Part shown: positions 12,735 through 25,890 of the stretch, piece after piece
How the letters are laid out: every line of letters starts with the position of its first letter
Numbering within the stretch: position 1 is the stretch's first letter
Assembly: GCA_964016885.1 (NCBI GenBank)
Contig: OZ024743.1
Coordinates: 6,448,001-6,512,000, forward strand
Source: Eledone cirrhosa
Taxonomy: Eukaryota
DNA length: 64,000 nucleotides
Direction of reading: 5' to 3'
Notes under the pieces: generated by a model
Database searches by the model: none
What the model was told of the DNA's origin: nothing
What the model saw: the letters and a program-made list of their open reading frames with translations, nothing else
Translations under genes and position numbers: made by a program

Positions 12735-14106
12735 GTAAGTTGGTTTACTTTTTGAAATTTTTATTAGTTAATTTTGTAAACTCACAAGTCAGATCAAGGT
12801 AAGTTAATGCTAAGATTAATAAGAAAGATAAGGTAATTATTTAGAGGTATTAAATGAAAGTTTTCTATACAGAGATTTAATAATTTATTACATTTCAGTA
12901 GATATGTATTTAGTTAGGAGAACTACATATAGAAAGTCTTTTAATATGCTAAGGATAAGAATAAGACATGTATAATACTCTGAATGGTATGAAACGTGAT
13001 TCGTTAATGAAGCAGATAGAGAATTGTTAATATGTAAATATAAAATACAAATAAAATTTTGAAAAGTCTTTTGAGTGTATATAGGCAAAAGATGTAAGCA
13101 TTGATCAAAAGCTAACAATAGTGTCACTACATGGTTGCTCAACCTGCTAGACTTAGCATCTAAATCTCCTTCAATTCATACCCTACCATCTTTTAAATGG
13201 AAGGATATATTGAGTAATGTAGTGGTTAAAGAAAAAAAAACAGGTTGGTTACAACAGTTTGATCAAAACTAACCTTAGGCAAAAGAACAACATAGATTGG
13301 ATTGTTGTTAAAGGCTGATATTATGAGATACCTTTGATGATGAAATGTCAAATATTTTACTATTTATCATAGTAAATTATGAAATAAATAATCTTTATTG
13401 TTTTGTTAATTTTTATCTCAACTACATTAGTTCAGAAAATTGAATGTAAAATAGACACACTCCCTACCCAAAAAAGCATAACTTACTAAATTGTCATAGC
13501 CTCAAATTTCACCACTATCATTTTGCATCACCTATCAACCTTTATCCAAAAGATCAATAGGTGAGGCACAATGGTTTCAGTTAAGCTATGACAATGTAGT
13601 CACTTGTCAAACATTTTCAACTTCACAACCATTCCCTTTTTATGAATCTATTATATATATGTAATGAGTGAGCCTCAATATAGTCACTTGACCTGCTAGA
13701 AATAGCATCCAAATCTCCCTTGAATAGCACTTTGGTGCCTTAAAAAGAGAAAGGCATAATAGATAACAGTAGCTCTAAACACCCCTAAAACAATGGGATG
13801 GTCATTGCTGGAATGCCTTTTATCATATGTCTGAATGATTAAGCCTGAGCTAGTGCTAAACAACATAACAAAAATATTTGCTTTGACTATTCATATGGAT
13901 ATTCACAGATATAAAGACATGAAATAGGTTTCCACATATTTGCTAATGTAGATTTATTAGATGTAAAAACATTTCATAATATGGCTGTATACACACTAAA
14001 GTTCTAGATTACTGGTCTGAGGGCCATCCATTCAAACCTTACTAGAACCATAATGATGAATCCATGAGGAAAGCACATAATTTCATGCATGCGTATTTCA
14101 CACATA

Positions 14107-15329
14107 TAGAGAATAAATTCCAAACCTGGAAGCAGGGACTAGAGAGAAAGGGCCTCAAAGTCAACATGACAAAGACTAAGGTCCTTATAAGTAGACGAGA
14201 AAACAGAACCCAGATCCCCTCAGGGAAATGGCCTTGCTCAGTATGTAGGAAAGGTGTAGGTAGGAACTCCATTCTTTGCCCCAAATGCAAACAATGGGTA
14301 CACAAGAGATGTAGCGGGATCTCAGGAAGCTTAATTAAGAATGTAGGATTCACATGCAGCAGCTGTGCTGAAACAGCAAGCAAACAGCCACAGGAAACAA
14401 GTACCACCAATCTCTGGGAGGGCCCTGTAGAAACAGTAGACAGCTTCTGCTACCTAGGTGACCGAATTAGCAACGGAGGTGGGTGCTCAGAAAGTACAAT
14501 AACTAGGGTAAGAACGGGATGGAAGAAGTTTAGGGAACTACTACCACTGCTAGCTGCAAAAGGCTTCTCCCTCAGAATGAAAGGCAGACTGTATGATGCG
14601 TGTATCCGAACAGCGATGTTGCATGGTAGTGAGACCTGGGCGCTGAAGGTGGAAGACTTACGTAGATTAGAGAGAAACGAAGCCTGCATGCTCCGATGGA
14701 TGTGTAACAGTAATATACGTGAACGACAAAGCATAAATGAATTGAGAGAGAGACTGAGCATAAGAGGAATCAAATGCTGCGTGCAGGAGAGGCGGTTACG
14801 CTGGTATGGACATGTGATGCGTATGAAGGATGACAGCTGCATAAAAAGGTGCAGAGCACTAGAAGTTGATGGAAACCGCGGAGTGGGGAGACCCAAGATG
14901 ACTTGGGATGAGGTGATAAAAGCCGACCTTACCCAACTACACCTCTCAAAGTCAATGACACACGACCGTGACTTCTGGCGTCACGCAGTAATACAGGGTA
15001 CCCGACCTCCCATGGGTACATGCTGAAGCATATAGACAATATGCCCCCCCCCCCCCCCCGCAAGGTGGTCGTGGAGGTGCCACGGCAAAAAAGCACCCAG
15101 CCCACACTGTAAAGTGGACGTGTAGGCGCCACGAAAAAGCACCCAGCACTCACTGTAAATGAGGTTGGTGTTAGGAAGGGCATCCAGCTGTAGAAATCAA
15201 GCCAGATCAGTTCCTGTATGAGCAAGGCATGGTCAGCCGACCAGACACTGCCCACAACAGGACAACCCGTCTAACCCATGCTAGCGTGGAAGAACGGACG
15301 TAAAACGGTGATGATGATGATGATGATGA
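14107..15329 (+). mobile_element. RTE LINE copy A, 5'-truncated (RT C-terminus, PHD-type finger, 3'UTR, (GAT)n tail)
   Basis: ORF 14064-15026 is identical from ENKFQ onward to ORF 34825-36402; LHGSETW, RRLRWYGHVMRM and GRPK..W are RTE motifs. Confidence 0.97.
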
Positions 15330-15570
15330 GACCAGTTAAGGAAGAACGCATTGATCATTCATTTTGTTTTGAATAGTTTCAGCTCTACATTTGAAAAGAA
15401 AGTAATAACCCTGAAATATTATGTTGAAATATACTGGGTAAAACATTACTTTGTTTTGTTTCCTTTGTCATCCTTTACCCTTTATATATTTCTACTGCAT
15501 TGTACTGACATTTTGAAACTTATCGGTCTTTTATTATGTGTATATATATGTATATGAATATATTGGGTCT

Positions 15571-15728
15571 CCCCAATATATATATATATATATATATACC
15601 CTTGCAAGCAGAGAAAAGCGGACATAAAATGAAATGATGATGATATATACGTATATACATATGTCATCATCATTTCATTTTATGTCCGCTTTTCCCTGCT
15701 TGCAAGGGTATATATATATATATTGGGG
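15571..15728. repeat. Fold-back palindrome built from an RTE/SINE 3' tail
   Basis: ccccaat(ta)n ccCttgcaagcagagaaaagcggacataaaatgaaatgatgatg is mirrored on the right with few mismatches. Confidence 0.9.
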
Positions 15729-15754
15729 TATATATATATATATATATTGGGGAT

Positions 15755-16250
15755 ACCCAAGAAGACCTGGGATGAGGTGATAAAAGCTGACCTTATCCAA
15801 TTACACCTCTCAAAGGCGATGACACATGACCGTGACCTCTGGCGTCACGCAGTAATACAGAAGACCCGACCCCTTATGGGTACAAGCCGAAGCTGAAGCA
15901 TATAGACAATATGGCCCCACACCCTCCCACTGCAATGTGGTCGTGGAGGTGCCATGGCAAAAAAAGCACCCAGCCCACACTGTAAAGTGGACGTGTAGGC
16001 GCCACGGAAAAAAAGCCCCCAGCCCACACTGTAAAGTGGACGTGTAGGCGCCACGGAAAAAAAGCACCCAGCACTCACTGTAAATGAGGTTGGTGTTAGG
16101 AAGGGCATCCAGCTGTAGAAATCAAGCCAGAATCAGTTCTCGTATGAACAAGACATGGTCAGCCGACCGGACACTGCCCACAACAGGACAACCCGTCTAA
16201 CCCATGCTAGCGTGGAAGAACGGACGTAAAACGGTAATGATGATGATGAT
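15755..16250 (+). mobile_element. 3' fragment of a related RTE subfamily (three units of the ~44-bp 3'UTR repeat)
   Basis: PKKTWDEVIKADL...DRDLWRHAV followed by the same 3'UTR and (GAT)n tail. Confidence 0.88.
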
Positions 16251-16679
16251 ATATGGATTGAGAGGGATGAGGCTGTGTGGTTACTGATAATTTTTTTTTT
16301 TTCTACTTTAGGCACAAGGCCAGCAATTACCCAGTGCATTACTGGTACTTTATTTTATCGACCCCGTAAGGATGAAAGGCAAAGTCAACCTCGGCGGGAT
16401 TTGAACTCAGATCGTAAAGTTCAAATCCCGCCGAGGTTGACTTTGCCTTTCATCCTTACGGGGTCGATACTGATAATGAGTGTTAGAAAGTAAAAGGAAC
16501 ACAAACTTGAGATAGACATTTCCCCTTCATCAGTTGTCTACTACGGGTCACAGATGTTTCAGCGCATTATAGACAATACATCCATTCGTAGCACATCCAT
16601 AACTTATCAAAAAGTTATGAGGGAAACAAGCGATAGTGAAGATATATATATATTTATTTATGTGTGTGTGTGTGTGTGT

Positions 16680-17077
16680 TTTCGATGTACGGGTCTGAGA
16701 CTTGGACACTGACCAAGAAACTCACTCAGATGGTGGATGGGTGCTACACGAGAATGCTGATGATGGCTCTGAACATTAATCAGTATACACTGAGGATGAA
16801 AAACTCAGAGCTGTATGGGAGCCTCCCAAAAGTCAGCTCAAAAGTGATACAGAGGAGACTGAGGTGAGCTGGACATGCTCACCGACATTCAGAGTTGACA
16901 TTGCACTCAGTGCTCCTGCGGGAGCCCCTACATGGACACACTGGAAGAGGAAGACCAAGGTTAACGTATGTTGATGCCCTAAGGACAGAAACTGATCTGT
17001 TGGAGACGCAGAACATGGCAGCGATAATGAGGGACAGCGACTGCTGGAGAGAACTCGTCCATGGATCTTCGGGATGA
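16680..17077 (+). mobile_element. 3' fragment of a different RTE-group (RTE-X-like) LINE
   Basis: YGSETWTLTKKL..MVDGCYTRMLMMALNI...RRLR*AGH...GRPRLTYVD; a related 3' end lies at about 41890-41990. Confidence 0.75.
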
Positions 17078-17899
17078 AGAAAATCTTATGTCTTCTTTCT
17101 CATGTTTGCAAATACTTTAAATATGATATTATACTATAATATAAATCCTTATAAATGTTATAGTCAGAAATATTATACCATTAGATTAATTCACTATTTC
17201 TAACTAACATAAAGATTCAAAATTTAACGGTCATCCGGATGCGCTGGTATATATATATTTGATTAATTGACTATTTCTAATTAACTTAAGGATTCGAAAA
17301 TAAACCGTCATATAACTACACCCAGATATATATCTGATATTTTGATTGATTGACTATTTCTAAATAATTTAACGATTCGAAATTAATCATTCACCAAGCT
17401 ATGCCCAAATATATATTTACCTCATCTAATTATACACCGTTTATCCATGACAATACAAGTCTCCCTCCCTATGTTTTAGACTATAAAACTTATTTTTTTC
17501 TCCTCTTCTCTCTATCCTTAATCAATTTTCTTTTGCTTTTGTGCATAAGATAATTCTATATTTCTAGTCATTCTCTCTTTCCTCATCTGTTTCTCTCTCT
17601 GCCTTTCACTTCCTCTTTCTACAATAATGTGTTATCCATATATTACTTTATTTAAATTATTTAAATTTCTAACAGTTTTGTAGGCTTATATTATATTAGT
17701 AGTTATTTATTATTATGTATCTTTATAAGCTTTCTCACACATACCCTCTGTATTATATGTAATTTTTTCATCTTAAGGTATATAAATATTAAGGTCTCAA
17801 TCTTAAGGTATATAAATATTGAGTTTTGTCCTAACTTATTCACTGCCATGACTGAATTTTAACCATCAACATAGTCAAGGTATGTCAGGCATCATCTTA

Positions 17900-17962
17900 T
17901 TTTATCTGATGAGGACGTACTGTTGTAAATAGCTCAGTACCTCAGAAATATGTATAATAAAA
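17900..17962 (+). ncRNA. Decayed minimal type I hammerhead motif in a Penelope-type 3' remnant
   Basis: ttttat CTGATGA ggacgtactg...cagtacctca GAAA tatg TA taataaaa; stem II pairs gtactg/cagtac but its closing pair is imperfect. Confidence 0.45.
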
Positions 17963-18378
17963 TATACTTGATCACACGAATGTCTATATTTGTTAATATA
18001 TTGAATTAATATTAATAACTCCAGAAAACCATTTGTGGAGTGCTTCTAATCTATTGTAAAACTTTATTCATTGATTTACTCATTGAACCTTGTTTAACCT
18101 TTAAATATATATATATATAGAGAGAGAGGGAGAGAGATATTATATGTTAGACATATATATATATATATATGGTATATATTAGAGATATTAAAATACCAAA
18201 ATATTTTTACACTGTACCTCACAATGATTATCATTTATGGAAAGATTTTGGTAGATAGAGGTTAGTCCTTGTAGTATTCCCCTCCCCCACAACTTCATGG
18301 TCCCAGTATAGTTTATTTGTATTTATTTATCATTAAAACCAAATACATGCCAATTCACCGTACATTTTTCTTTTCCAG

Positions 18379-18482
18379 AATGATATTCATATTACTGGCA
18401 AACGTTTCCAGAGTATATCAGAAAGCCTCAGTCAACAGCTTTTCATATTAATCGGCTCCCTCTGGTGTTTGATCTTTACAAC
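18379..18482 (+). CDS. slo-2: Slo2/KCNT exon (S4-S5 linker, S5): NDIHITGKRFQSISESLSQQLFILIGSLWCLIFTT
   Basis: ttttccag and gtaata sites; 104 nt, phase 0-2; matches NDxH...QxLIL...LCLxFT. Confidence 0.93.
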
Positions 18483-18632
18483 GTAATATATTATTCTTTT
18501 TGATTTTGATTTTGTTTTTTACATATTTTGTTTTATATAATATTGTTATATTTGGGGAGTGTCATGTTTTTATAATATTGCCAGAAAAATATATAACTTT
18601 GATAACTTTTGCCACCTGGCAAAAAAATTACT

Positions 18633-18692
18633 TTCCCAAGCAGGGAACCAAACCCTGGTTGCTGCAGTGAGAGCGCAGAATCCTAACCACTA
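18633..18692 (-). pseudogene. 5'-truncated tRNA-Glu(CTC)-derived pseudogene
   Basis: Reverse complement tagtggttaggattctgcgctCTCactgcagcaaccagggtttggttccctgcttgggaa aligns with eukaryotic tRNA-Glu-CTC; the acceptor 5' strand is missing and the T-loop is mutated. Confidence 0.75.
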
Positions 18693-20257
18693 TATAGTAA
18701 AACACACTTACTGTTTGGTTTAGTTTGGGTTGGTTTTCGCTTCAGTATTTTATATATTTTTATAATCAATTCAGCTGACGATCAATGTTTATCATTGATT
18801 GGCCAACAGTTAAAAATATAGACATAAATATAGTTTCTCAGAGTTCTTTCATCACACACCTGTGACATCATCAGTGATGTTATTATGTTTCTTCCCATTG
18901 TATTGCTGTGATAACAATATTTGTTTCAAGACACGATTTCATTTCAAAAACCTTGCAAAACAAATTCATGTTTTATATAACTTTTCAACAAAATGTTGAT
19001 AATTTTGTTTTGAACTCCATAAATATACTTGTTTGTGTTAAATGTTAGATTTTATCCATGTCAGAGATATTTTCAAATGTTTATGAGACTTGAATTCCTT
19101 ATCCAAATAATATATTGCTTCAGATTATTTGTGATATTTGTGTTATTCTTGAGGTGTGGAGGCACATGGCCTAGTGGTAAGGGTGTTAGACATATGATCA
19201 TAATGTTGTGGGTTCGATTTCTTGGCTGGGCTGCGTGTTACGTTCTTGAGCAAAACACTTCATTTCAGATTGCTCCAGTGTACTCAGCTGAAAAGGAGTA
19301 CCAGCAATAGCTGGGGGTTTAACCCTGTGATGGACTGACATCCTGTCTAGGAGGAAGTCTTGTACTCTCAGTTGCTTCATGCCATGAAACCGGGATAAGC
19401 ACCAGACTAACAAGCCTTAAATGGTTTAAGACAAACTTTAGACTTTTAGACTTAAGAAGGTATAAATTAATGACAAAATACTACCTTTTAGTAGGCACTT
19501 ACTATCAAATGAGTCTACTTTTCTTTCTTCTACTCACTCAATTTTCTTACTGTATATATTTCAGAGGTAACCTCTGTCTTGCTGTAGGTTTGGGATAACT
19601 TATTCCTTATATTGCCTATTATAATGATCTGCTGCTGAAATCTGTCATAAAGACGAATCAAGTATTATCTCCTTTATTGGGATGATAGCCATTCATGTCT
19701 GTAACTCCAAAGATTTATACATTTCATTTTGTGGCAACCAAACAACAAATAATCAAGGGGTGGCAGAAGATGGCCAACTAGATATCACAAATCTGGTTTT
19801 GGTTTGTTTTTTTTTGTTCTTTCTTTGTTTTTTTTCAAAGTGTACCTTAAACTGAAATAAAACTGGGATGTTTATGGCTGGAACATCTTTTATCAAGGTG
19901 TTACTTGATTGGGGCTGAGCTGAAGCTAAACAATAACAGCAATTATCCCTCTTGTTGACTAAACACCGGTGGCCTAGTCATATTGGCTGTTAGTTGTGCT
20001 CTAGTTTGTATAGACAGATGAGAACTATAGCATATTTCCTTTGTACTCTATCCTAGATCATCTTATCTTTGAGACTTAAATTTGTATTGTCTGATTTACT
20101 TCCATCATCCCAAGAAAGTTTGTAGCAGCTCAGTTATTTCTTTTGATTAAAACAGTCATTACTTCTAGCTCATTGCATGTATGTAAAATTGATAATTGTT
20201 GAATTGCTCTTTTCTGCTGTATATAAAGAAACTTGTTGTAATTTAATTTTTATTTAA

Positions 20258-20477
20258 CCTTTTAGCATTTACATTACTCGATATATACTATTGTATTTTC
20301 GCAGTAAAGGCTTTACCTCACATAATGTTTCACATAATATCGAATCTATGAGATTTTGATATTATTTATTTTGAGAACAATACCTTAACATCAATATGAG
20401 CAGTTGGTTATGGCCAGTTTGAACAGAAAGAGGTGAGAGAATTCTGGCCAGATAGGGCCAGTTTAAATGCTAAAGGG
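20258..20477 (+). mobile_element. piggyBac-type MITE (220 bp, TTAA TSD)
   Basis: TTAA|ccttttagcatttac ... aaatgctaaaggg|TTAA; ends 68 nt before the pore exon. Confidence 0.88.
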
Positions 20478-20545
20478 TTAAAGATGAAAATGCATGCTAA
20501 TATGTTGCTATCTCATAAGATTTTATATATTTTATTTTTATATAG

Positions 20546-20741
20546 CATTTGTGGAATACAACACATCCAAAGGGCAACAGCATATGAAACTGAACAACAA
20601 CTGAATCTATTTCAGGCATTTTACTTTGTCATTGTCACCTTCACGACTGTTGGTTATGGAGATTATTCTCCTGACTATTGGCTTGGACAACTCTTCATGT
20701 TGGCAATGATTGTGATTGCATTTGCCTTTATTCCAAGACAG
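20546..20741 (+). CDS. slo-2: Slo2/KCNT exon (pore helix, filter TTVGYGD, S6)
   Basis: tatag and gtatta sites; ICGIQHIQRA...FYFVIVTFTTVGYGDYSPDYWLGQLFMLAMIVIAFAFIPRQ; phase 2-0. Confidence 0.97.
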
Positions 20742-21049
20742 GTATTATTTATCAAATATATCTCAACATTCCCCAACTCTTCTTCTGCTTGAGTTTTATT
20801 CCCAATAACTGTGTCTAAAAACTTCAATTTAAATATTATGTATATTTATATCTTAACCAAGTATCTTCACATAGTTTAAAGGCACTTTGAATAGCACTAC
20901 CCTTTCTTCTGATTATGAAAAAAATCTCTTCAAGAAATGTTGGATTTAAATACCATTTTCTGTCCATTACTTCATTTTTATTAATATTGTTTGTACTAAT
21001 TATCATTTTCTTATACTCAACATTTTATTCTTATTCTCATATTATTTAG

Positions 21050-21214
21050 CTGGAGAGTATTGGATCTACTTTTATTGACAAGAAAAAGGAAGGGAAAGAA
21101 TTCAGTGAAAATAGTGCTAAACGTCATAAACATGTCGTAGTTTTTATTACAGCAATTTTTCCTGATGTTATCATGGATTTTTTAAATGAATTTTTTGCTC
21201 ATCCTGACCTTCAG
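21050..21214 (+). CDS. slo-2: Slo2/KCNT exon (S6-RCK1 linker, start of RCK1)
   Basis: tttag and gtaatt sites; LESIG...KHVVVFITAIFPDVIMDFLNEFFAHPDLQ contains MDFLNEFxAHP; 165 nt, phase 0-0. Confidence 0.96.
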
Positions 21215-21459
21215 GTAATTATGTAATTGTCTTTGTTTCCTACAAATCTTAGCATTCTTTATATGAGTTACTTATGTTTTTGTGTACTATTTTGTCCAGT
21301 TCCCTGCCAGCAATAAAAGCATAGAGAATATCTTTAACTAGAAAGATATAGCTACGAATAAGATGCCTTGTATAGACAGGAAATAGAATAATGTAAAAGA
21401 TATTTGACAATCTTTAAAGAGGTCGGGGCTAGCAAGGGTCTGATCAGAGGACTGATATT

Positions 21460-21812
21460 CATCATCATCAGCATCATTTAATGTCCATTTTCCAAGCTAG
21501 CATGGGTAGGACAGGCTGTCAATAGTGAGAGATCCAGGTCAGATGTCGATGTATTGCTCATACAGAACTGATTTTGGCTTGGTTTCTACAGGTAGATGCC
21601 CTTCCAACCACTTTTACAGTGTGTGCTGGGTGCTTTTTGTCATGACACCTATCCAACTGATTTACAGTGTGGACTGAATGCTTTTTGTCGTGACACCTAC
21701 ATGACCACTTTACAGTGCGAACTGGGTACTCTTTTGTCATATCGCCAACATGACCACTTTAGAGTGTGGGCTGGGTGCTTTTTGTCATGACACCTACATG
21801 ACCACTTTACAG
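21460..21812 (-). mobile_element. RTE-type 3'UTR remnant with about five degenerate ~44-bp tandem units
   Basis: Repeated ccactttacagtgtg...gtgcttttt..catgacacctac, the same unit seen in the young RTE 3'UTRs. Confidence 0.75.
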
Positions 21813-23138
21813 AAATATCTATCTCTATATATATATATCGCCATTGTTTTTATGTCTACTTTCTACACAGGCATGTGTTGGGCATGTGTCTATATATATA
21901 TATGGCTGAAAGAAAGACTCGTTTTTATCTTTATTACTGATTCTATCAAAATATAAGAGTTATAGCCCCTGTATATTTGTTTGGTCACGCAGCATGTTTG
22001 TTTTATCAACATGATAATATATATGCATAGATGCACACATTCACATATATCTGTGTATACATACACACATGTGGGTGGTGGTGGTGGTGGTGGTGGGGGG
22101 GGGGGTCTACATATATTAATGATTTATATTTACTGAATTACTTTTTTTTTAAATATTAACTCTATCTCAACATCCCTTAATATATAGTAGAAATATATAA
22201 AAATGGGTTTGTTAATTTATTGAACAGATTAGTGTGAACATTATTATTAGTATTAGAGTGAAGACTTTAATTTGTAATGTGATACTGTCCTAGTGCTGTT
22301 TTGTACTTTTCAAGAATATTTTGCTAAGGCAGTTATGTGGTATAGGACATTAAGAATTAACTCTCTATTTGAATGACTAAAATGGATCACATTGAAGTTA
22401 TTATGCACACTGACCAGGAAAGGAAACTGAATTAGTCATGGACTATGTTATTAGATAAAACTTATTTGATAATGATGATGATAATGGAAGGCAAGAGGCT
22501 GAATTAAATGCAACAATTTTGTCATGAGAAAAAGGGAGGTAGGTTTAAAAGCCAAATTTGGGGTTTGTGCCTACCTTTACCCATGATCATGAATCTTGCA
22601 TAATGACCAAAATTATATGACCGCAAATAATACAAGTGGCTGAAATAGGGTTTCTCTGAAAGGTCTTGGAGTAACATTACTCAATAGGGTGTGTACAAAG
22701 ATCAGGTAGAGCAGCTATTTCTTCAAATTGAGATATCACAAATATGAACATGTGGTTAGAATGTCTAAGAATCACTGGACAGATTTTACCGGCAAAGCCA
22801 ACTGGCAGGAGATCCAGTAACATCCATGAGTTCAATTGGTCTTAAAGGATCTAGCCGGATCATTTGGAGACAGTTGCTTCTGATAGGAGACAATGAAAGA
22901 AGGAGGAATTCTCTGGTACATTCAGCAAGACAAGGGACAGGTTGCATGGATAGGAAGCTAAAGAGAATCACTTAGTTTGAAACTGGTAACTGTACTTTAA
23001 GTTATATGATATACTGCATATTTGGAGTTATACTTCCAGTGCTACTGAATATGATTTAATCATATAAATATGAATACACCACAACATCACATCTTGAATT
23101 TGTTCTTTACAATTAAATATCTGTTCTGTTTATTACAG

Positions 23139-23275
23139 TGCTACCATGTTGTCTTCATGGCTTCTTCAGATCTTAACACAAACATCAATGTCATTCTGAA
23201 AGATCCTAAATGGGCTCATCGAGTACATTATTTCAAAGGATCAGCTCTGAAAGATATGGACCTTAATAAAGCCAG
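23139..23275 (+). CDS. slo-2: Slo2/KCNT exon (RCK1): CYHVVFMASSDLNTNINVILKDPKWAHRVHYFKGSALKDMDLNKAR
   Basis: ttacag and gtaaa sites; GSALKDxDL motif; phase 0-2. Confidence 0.96.
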
Positions 23276-23482
23276 GTAAAATATAAATTGATAGTGATTT
23301 TTCACAATACTGTTTATTATTATGTATGATTTTTTTTAGTTCAAATTCTGTTGAGGTTAACTTTGCCTTTTATCCTTTCAGGGTCAATAAAATAAAGTAC
23401 TGTGGTCGATTTAATCGAATCCCCCCCCCCCTTGTGCTTAAAGTAGAAACAATTATTATGTATGATTTTAAAACATTTTATA

Positions 23483-24639
23483 CTGTATATACTCGTGTAT
23501 AGGTCGCCCTGGTAGATAAGTCGCATACCCACTTTTCATTTAACAAATAGGCTATTTGCCATTGACTCGCAGATAGGTCACACTGAAATTTGGGCCGTCA
23601 AACTACTATTTTTTATGATAATTGAAACTAATAATCTGTTAGCTTTCCATTACTTTGCCGTTGCGATATATACTCCAAACCATGTTTTATTTATAAAATA
23701 AACATTAACGTCATCGAAATCTCGTCAACTCAAGATTACTGCGAGATAAAGCCTTTAAGCGTGAAAATTAACTCTTAATATAGTGAAACAACTTTAAATA
23801 ACACTTGTTTTTTAACGTTGAAAGTAGAACAGATTTTTTGCGTATCAACATGGCTTCCCAAAGTAGCGAATACCGACTTTGAAGGTTTTACAAGAAGCAC
23901 AAGATAATATTAGTGATTTATCTTCAAATGAATCAGACGTATTTATTTCTGACGATGATAGTTACTTTGAAAGTGAAAGCGGAGATCTGACGGACACCAT
24001 TGAAAATATTACAGCAACGTGGTTGAAAGATACAACACCAATACATGTTCACACCTGTTAATGAACTTATATATTGGTAACATTTTGTTACGTAAATTTA
24101 CACCGTACATTGTGTAAGAGTACATTGCAAATATTATTTTGACTGGTGAAAAGGTTTTATACATTTTTTTCAATGAAAATATTTGCCTGGAATGTAGAGA
24201 AAGACTAAAACCTTGTACTGATTATATCTGCATTTTTAATGACTTCACCACATGCAATAATCTGTTTCCTGTTAAAGTAAATACGTCACAATACGTGTTC
24301 ATAGCAACGCTAAGACAATGAAATCACATTTTTTAAATACCGGGTATGCATTTCTATGGATTTTAATGACAGATTGTTCGGTCAGATAGAAAAAAACGTA
24401 AACATTACAAAGTTTTAGTAAAAAATTTAAAATCAAGAAATATATGTATAAGAAGGTAGATATATGAAATTATTATGTTAAATAATAAAAAATATTAAAG
24501 TTATTTTTATAAATACCCATCGTTGATTAAGTCTATGAAAAATCATTGGTCAGTCTGATGTCGATCGGATAGGTCGCACCCCCAAAATTTATACTTATTT
24601 ATCGTTAAAAAAGTGCGACCTATACGCGAGTAGATACGG
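23483..24639. mobile_element. Tc2/pogo-like non-autonomous element carrying internal piggyBac-derived sequence
   Basis: TA|ctgtatatactcgtgtataggtcgc ... gcgacctatacgcgagtagatacgg|TA; about 23700-24050 and 24050-24215 match the reverse complement of about 63205-63570 and 61498-61667. Confidence 0.85.
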
Positions 24640-24834
24640 TATATTAGGCCTAAATATGTGCTTTATGATATCTGAAAAAAGAATTCATTTCCACTTTGAG
24701 TTTAAAACAGATCAAACACTTTTCACAAAATGTTATGGCAGTGACTAGCATATAACTAGTACCAAAGGGAGTTCAACTATACTATTTTAAAGATAATGAA
24801 TTTGGAAGTTATTAAGCACCAATAAATTAGGAAA

Positions 24835-25890
24835 TCATCATCATCATCATCAACGTTTAACGTCCGTGTTCCACGCTTGCATGGGTTTGGACGGGGGTAG
24901 TCCCACTTGAGGCAAGAGTGATTGTCTTGCTCGCATAGGACTGTCTGGCAGGTTTTCTACAGTTGGATGCCCTTCCTAACACCAACCACATTTACAGTGT
25001 GGGTCTGGGAGGTTTTTACCGTGTTGCCTACACGGCCACATTACAGCGTGGACTGTGTGTTTTTTTGTCGTGACACCTACACGATCTCATTTGTTTCGGC
25101 CTCGATGGCGCGGCACCAACATAACTTTACATAGAACGGGGTGGTGTGGATGGGGTAGGGGTGGGGGTGGTGGGACGGGGTGTATTTTGTTAGGGATGCC
25201 TACTGGCTGGAGTAGGTTTTACTATATATTTAGGTAAGGCGGGTCTTCTCTGTTACTGAGTACCGCCAAAGGTCTCGGTCCAGTGACATTGTCTTGGAGA
25301 GGTGTAAGTGTGTGATGTCGGAGTTTATCAGCTCGTCCCAGGTTTTTCTAGGTCTGCCTATTCCGTGACTACCGTCTATCTTTATTGCCCTGCACTTTGT
25401 TATACAGCTATCGACTTTCATGCGCATCACGTGTCCATACCAACGTAGCCTTCTCTCGAGTAAACAACATCCGATCCCTCTTATCTCTAATTTTTTCCTT
25501 AGTTCGTTTATGCTTTGCCGTTCACGTATATTACTGTTACACATCCAGCGGAGCATGCAAGCTTCGTTCCTCTCTAGTCTGCGTATATCCTCTGCACACA
25601 ATGCCCAGGTCTCACTGCCATGCAGCATTGCTGTTCGTATGCAGGCATCGTACAACCTGCCTTTCATTTTTAGTGAGAACCCTTTAGCAGCTAATAGTGG
25701 TATAAGCTCTCTGAACTTTTTCCAACCAGTTCTGACTCTAGCTACAGTACTTTCAGAGCACCCTCCCCCACTGCTGATTTTATCGCCCAGGTAACGGAAG
25801 CTGTCCACTATTTCTATAGAACCCTCTGCGCAATTGAAAGAGCTAGTAGCTTGTGGGCACTTGCTGCTACTTATTGCACCAGAGCACCGG
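24835..25890 (-). mobile_element. RTE LINE, diverged sister subfamily, 5'-truncated
   Basis: ORF 25230-25925: VDSFRYLGD...LHGSETW...RRLRWYGHVMRM...GRPRKTW; (GAT)n tail at about 24835. Confidence 0.93.

Noticed and set aside
14064-14106. ATG-initiated N-terminus giving a 320-aa host-RTE fusion protein
   Set aside because: Chance in-frame flank upstream of the truncation point at 14107; no promoter or splice evidence.
18633-18692. Functional tRNA-Glu gene
   Set aside because: The 5' acceptor strand is missing and the T-loop is mutated.
21600-21812. Regularly spaced ~44-bp repeats resembling a CRISPR array
   Set aside because: Degenerate tandem units of the RTE 3'UTR repeat; no unique spacers.
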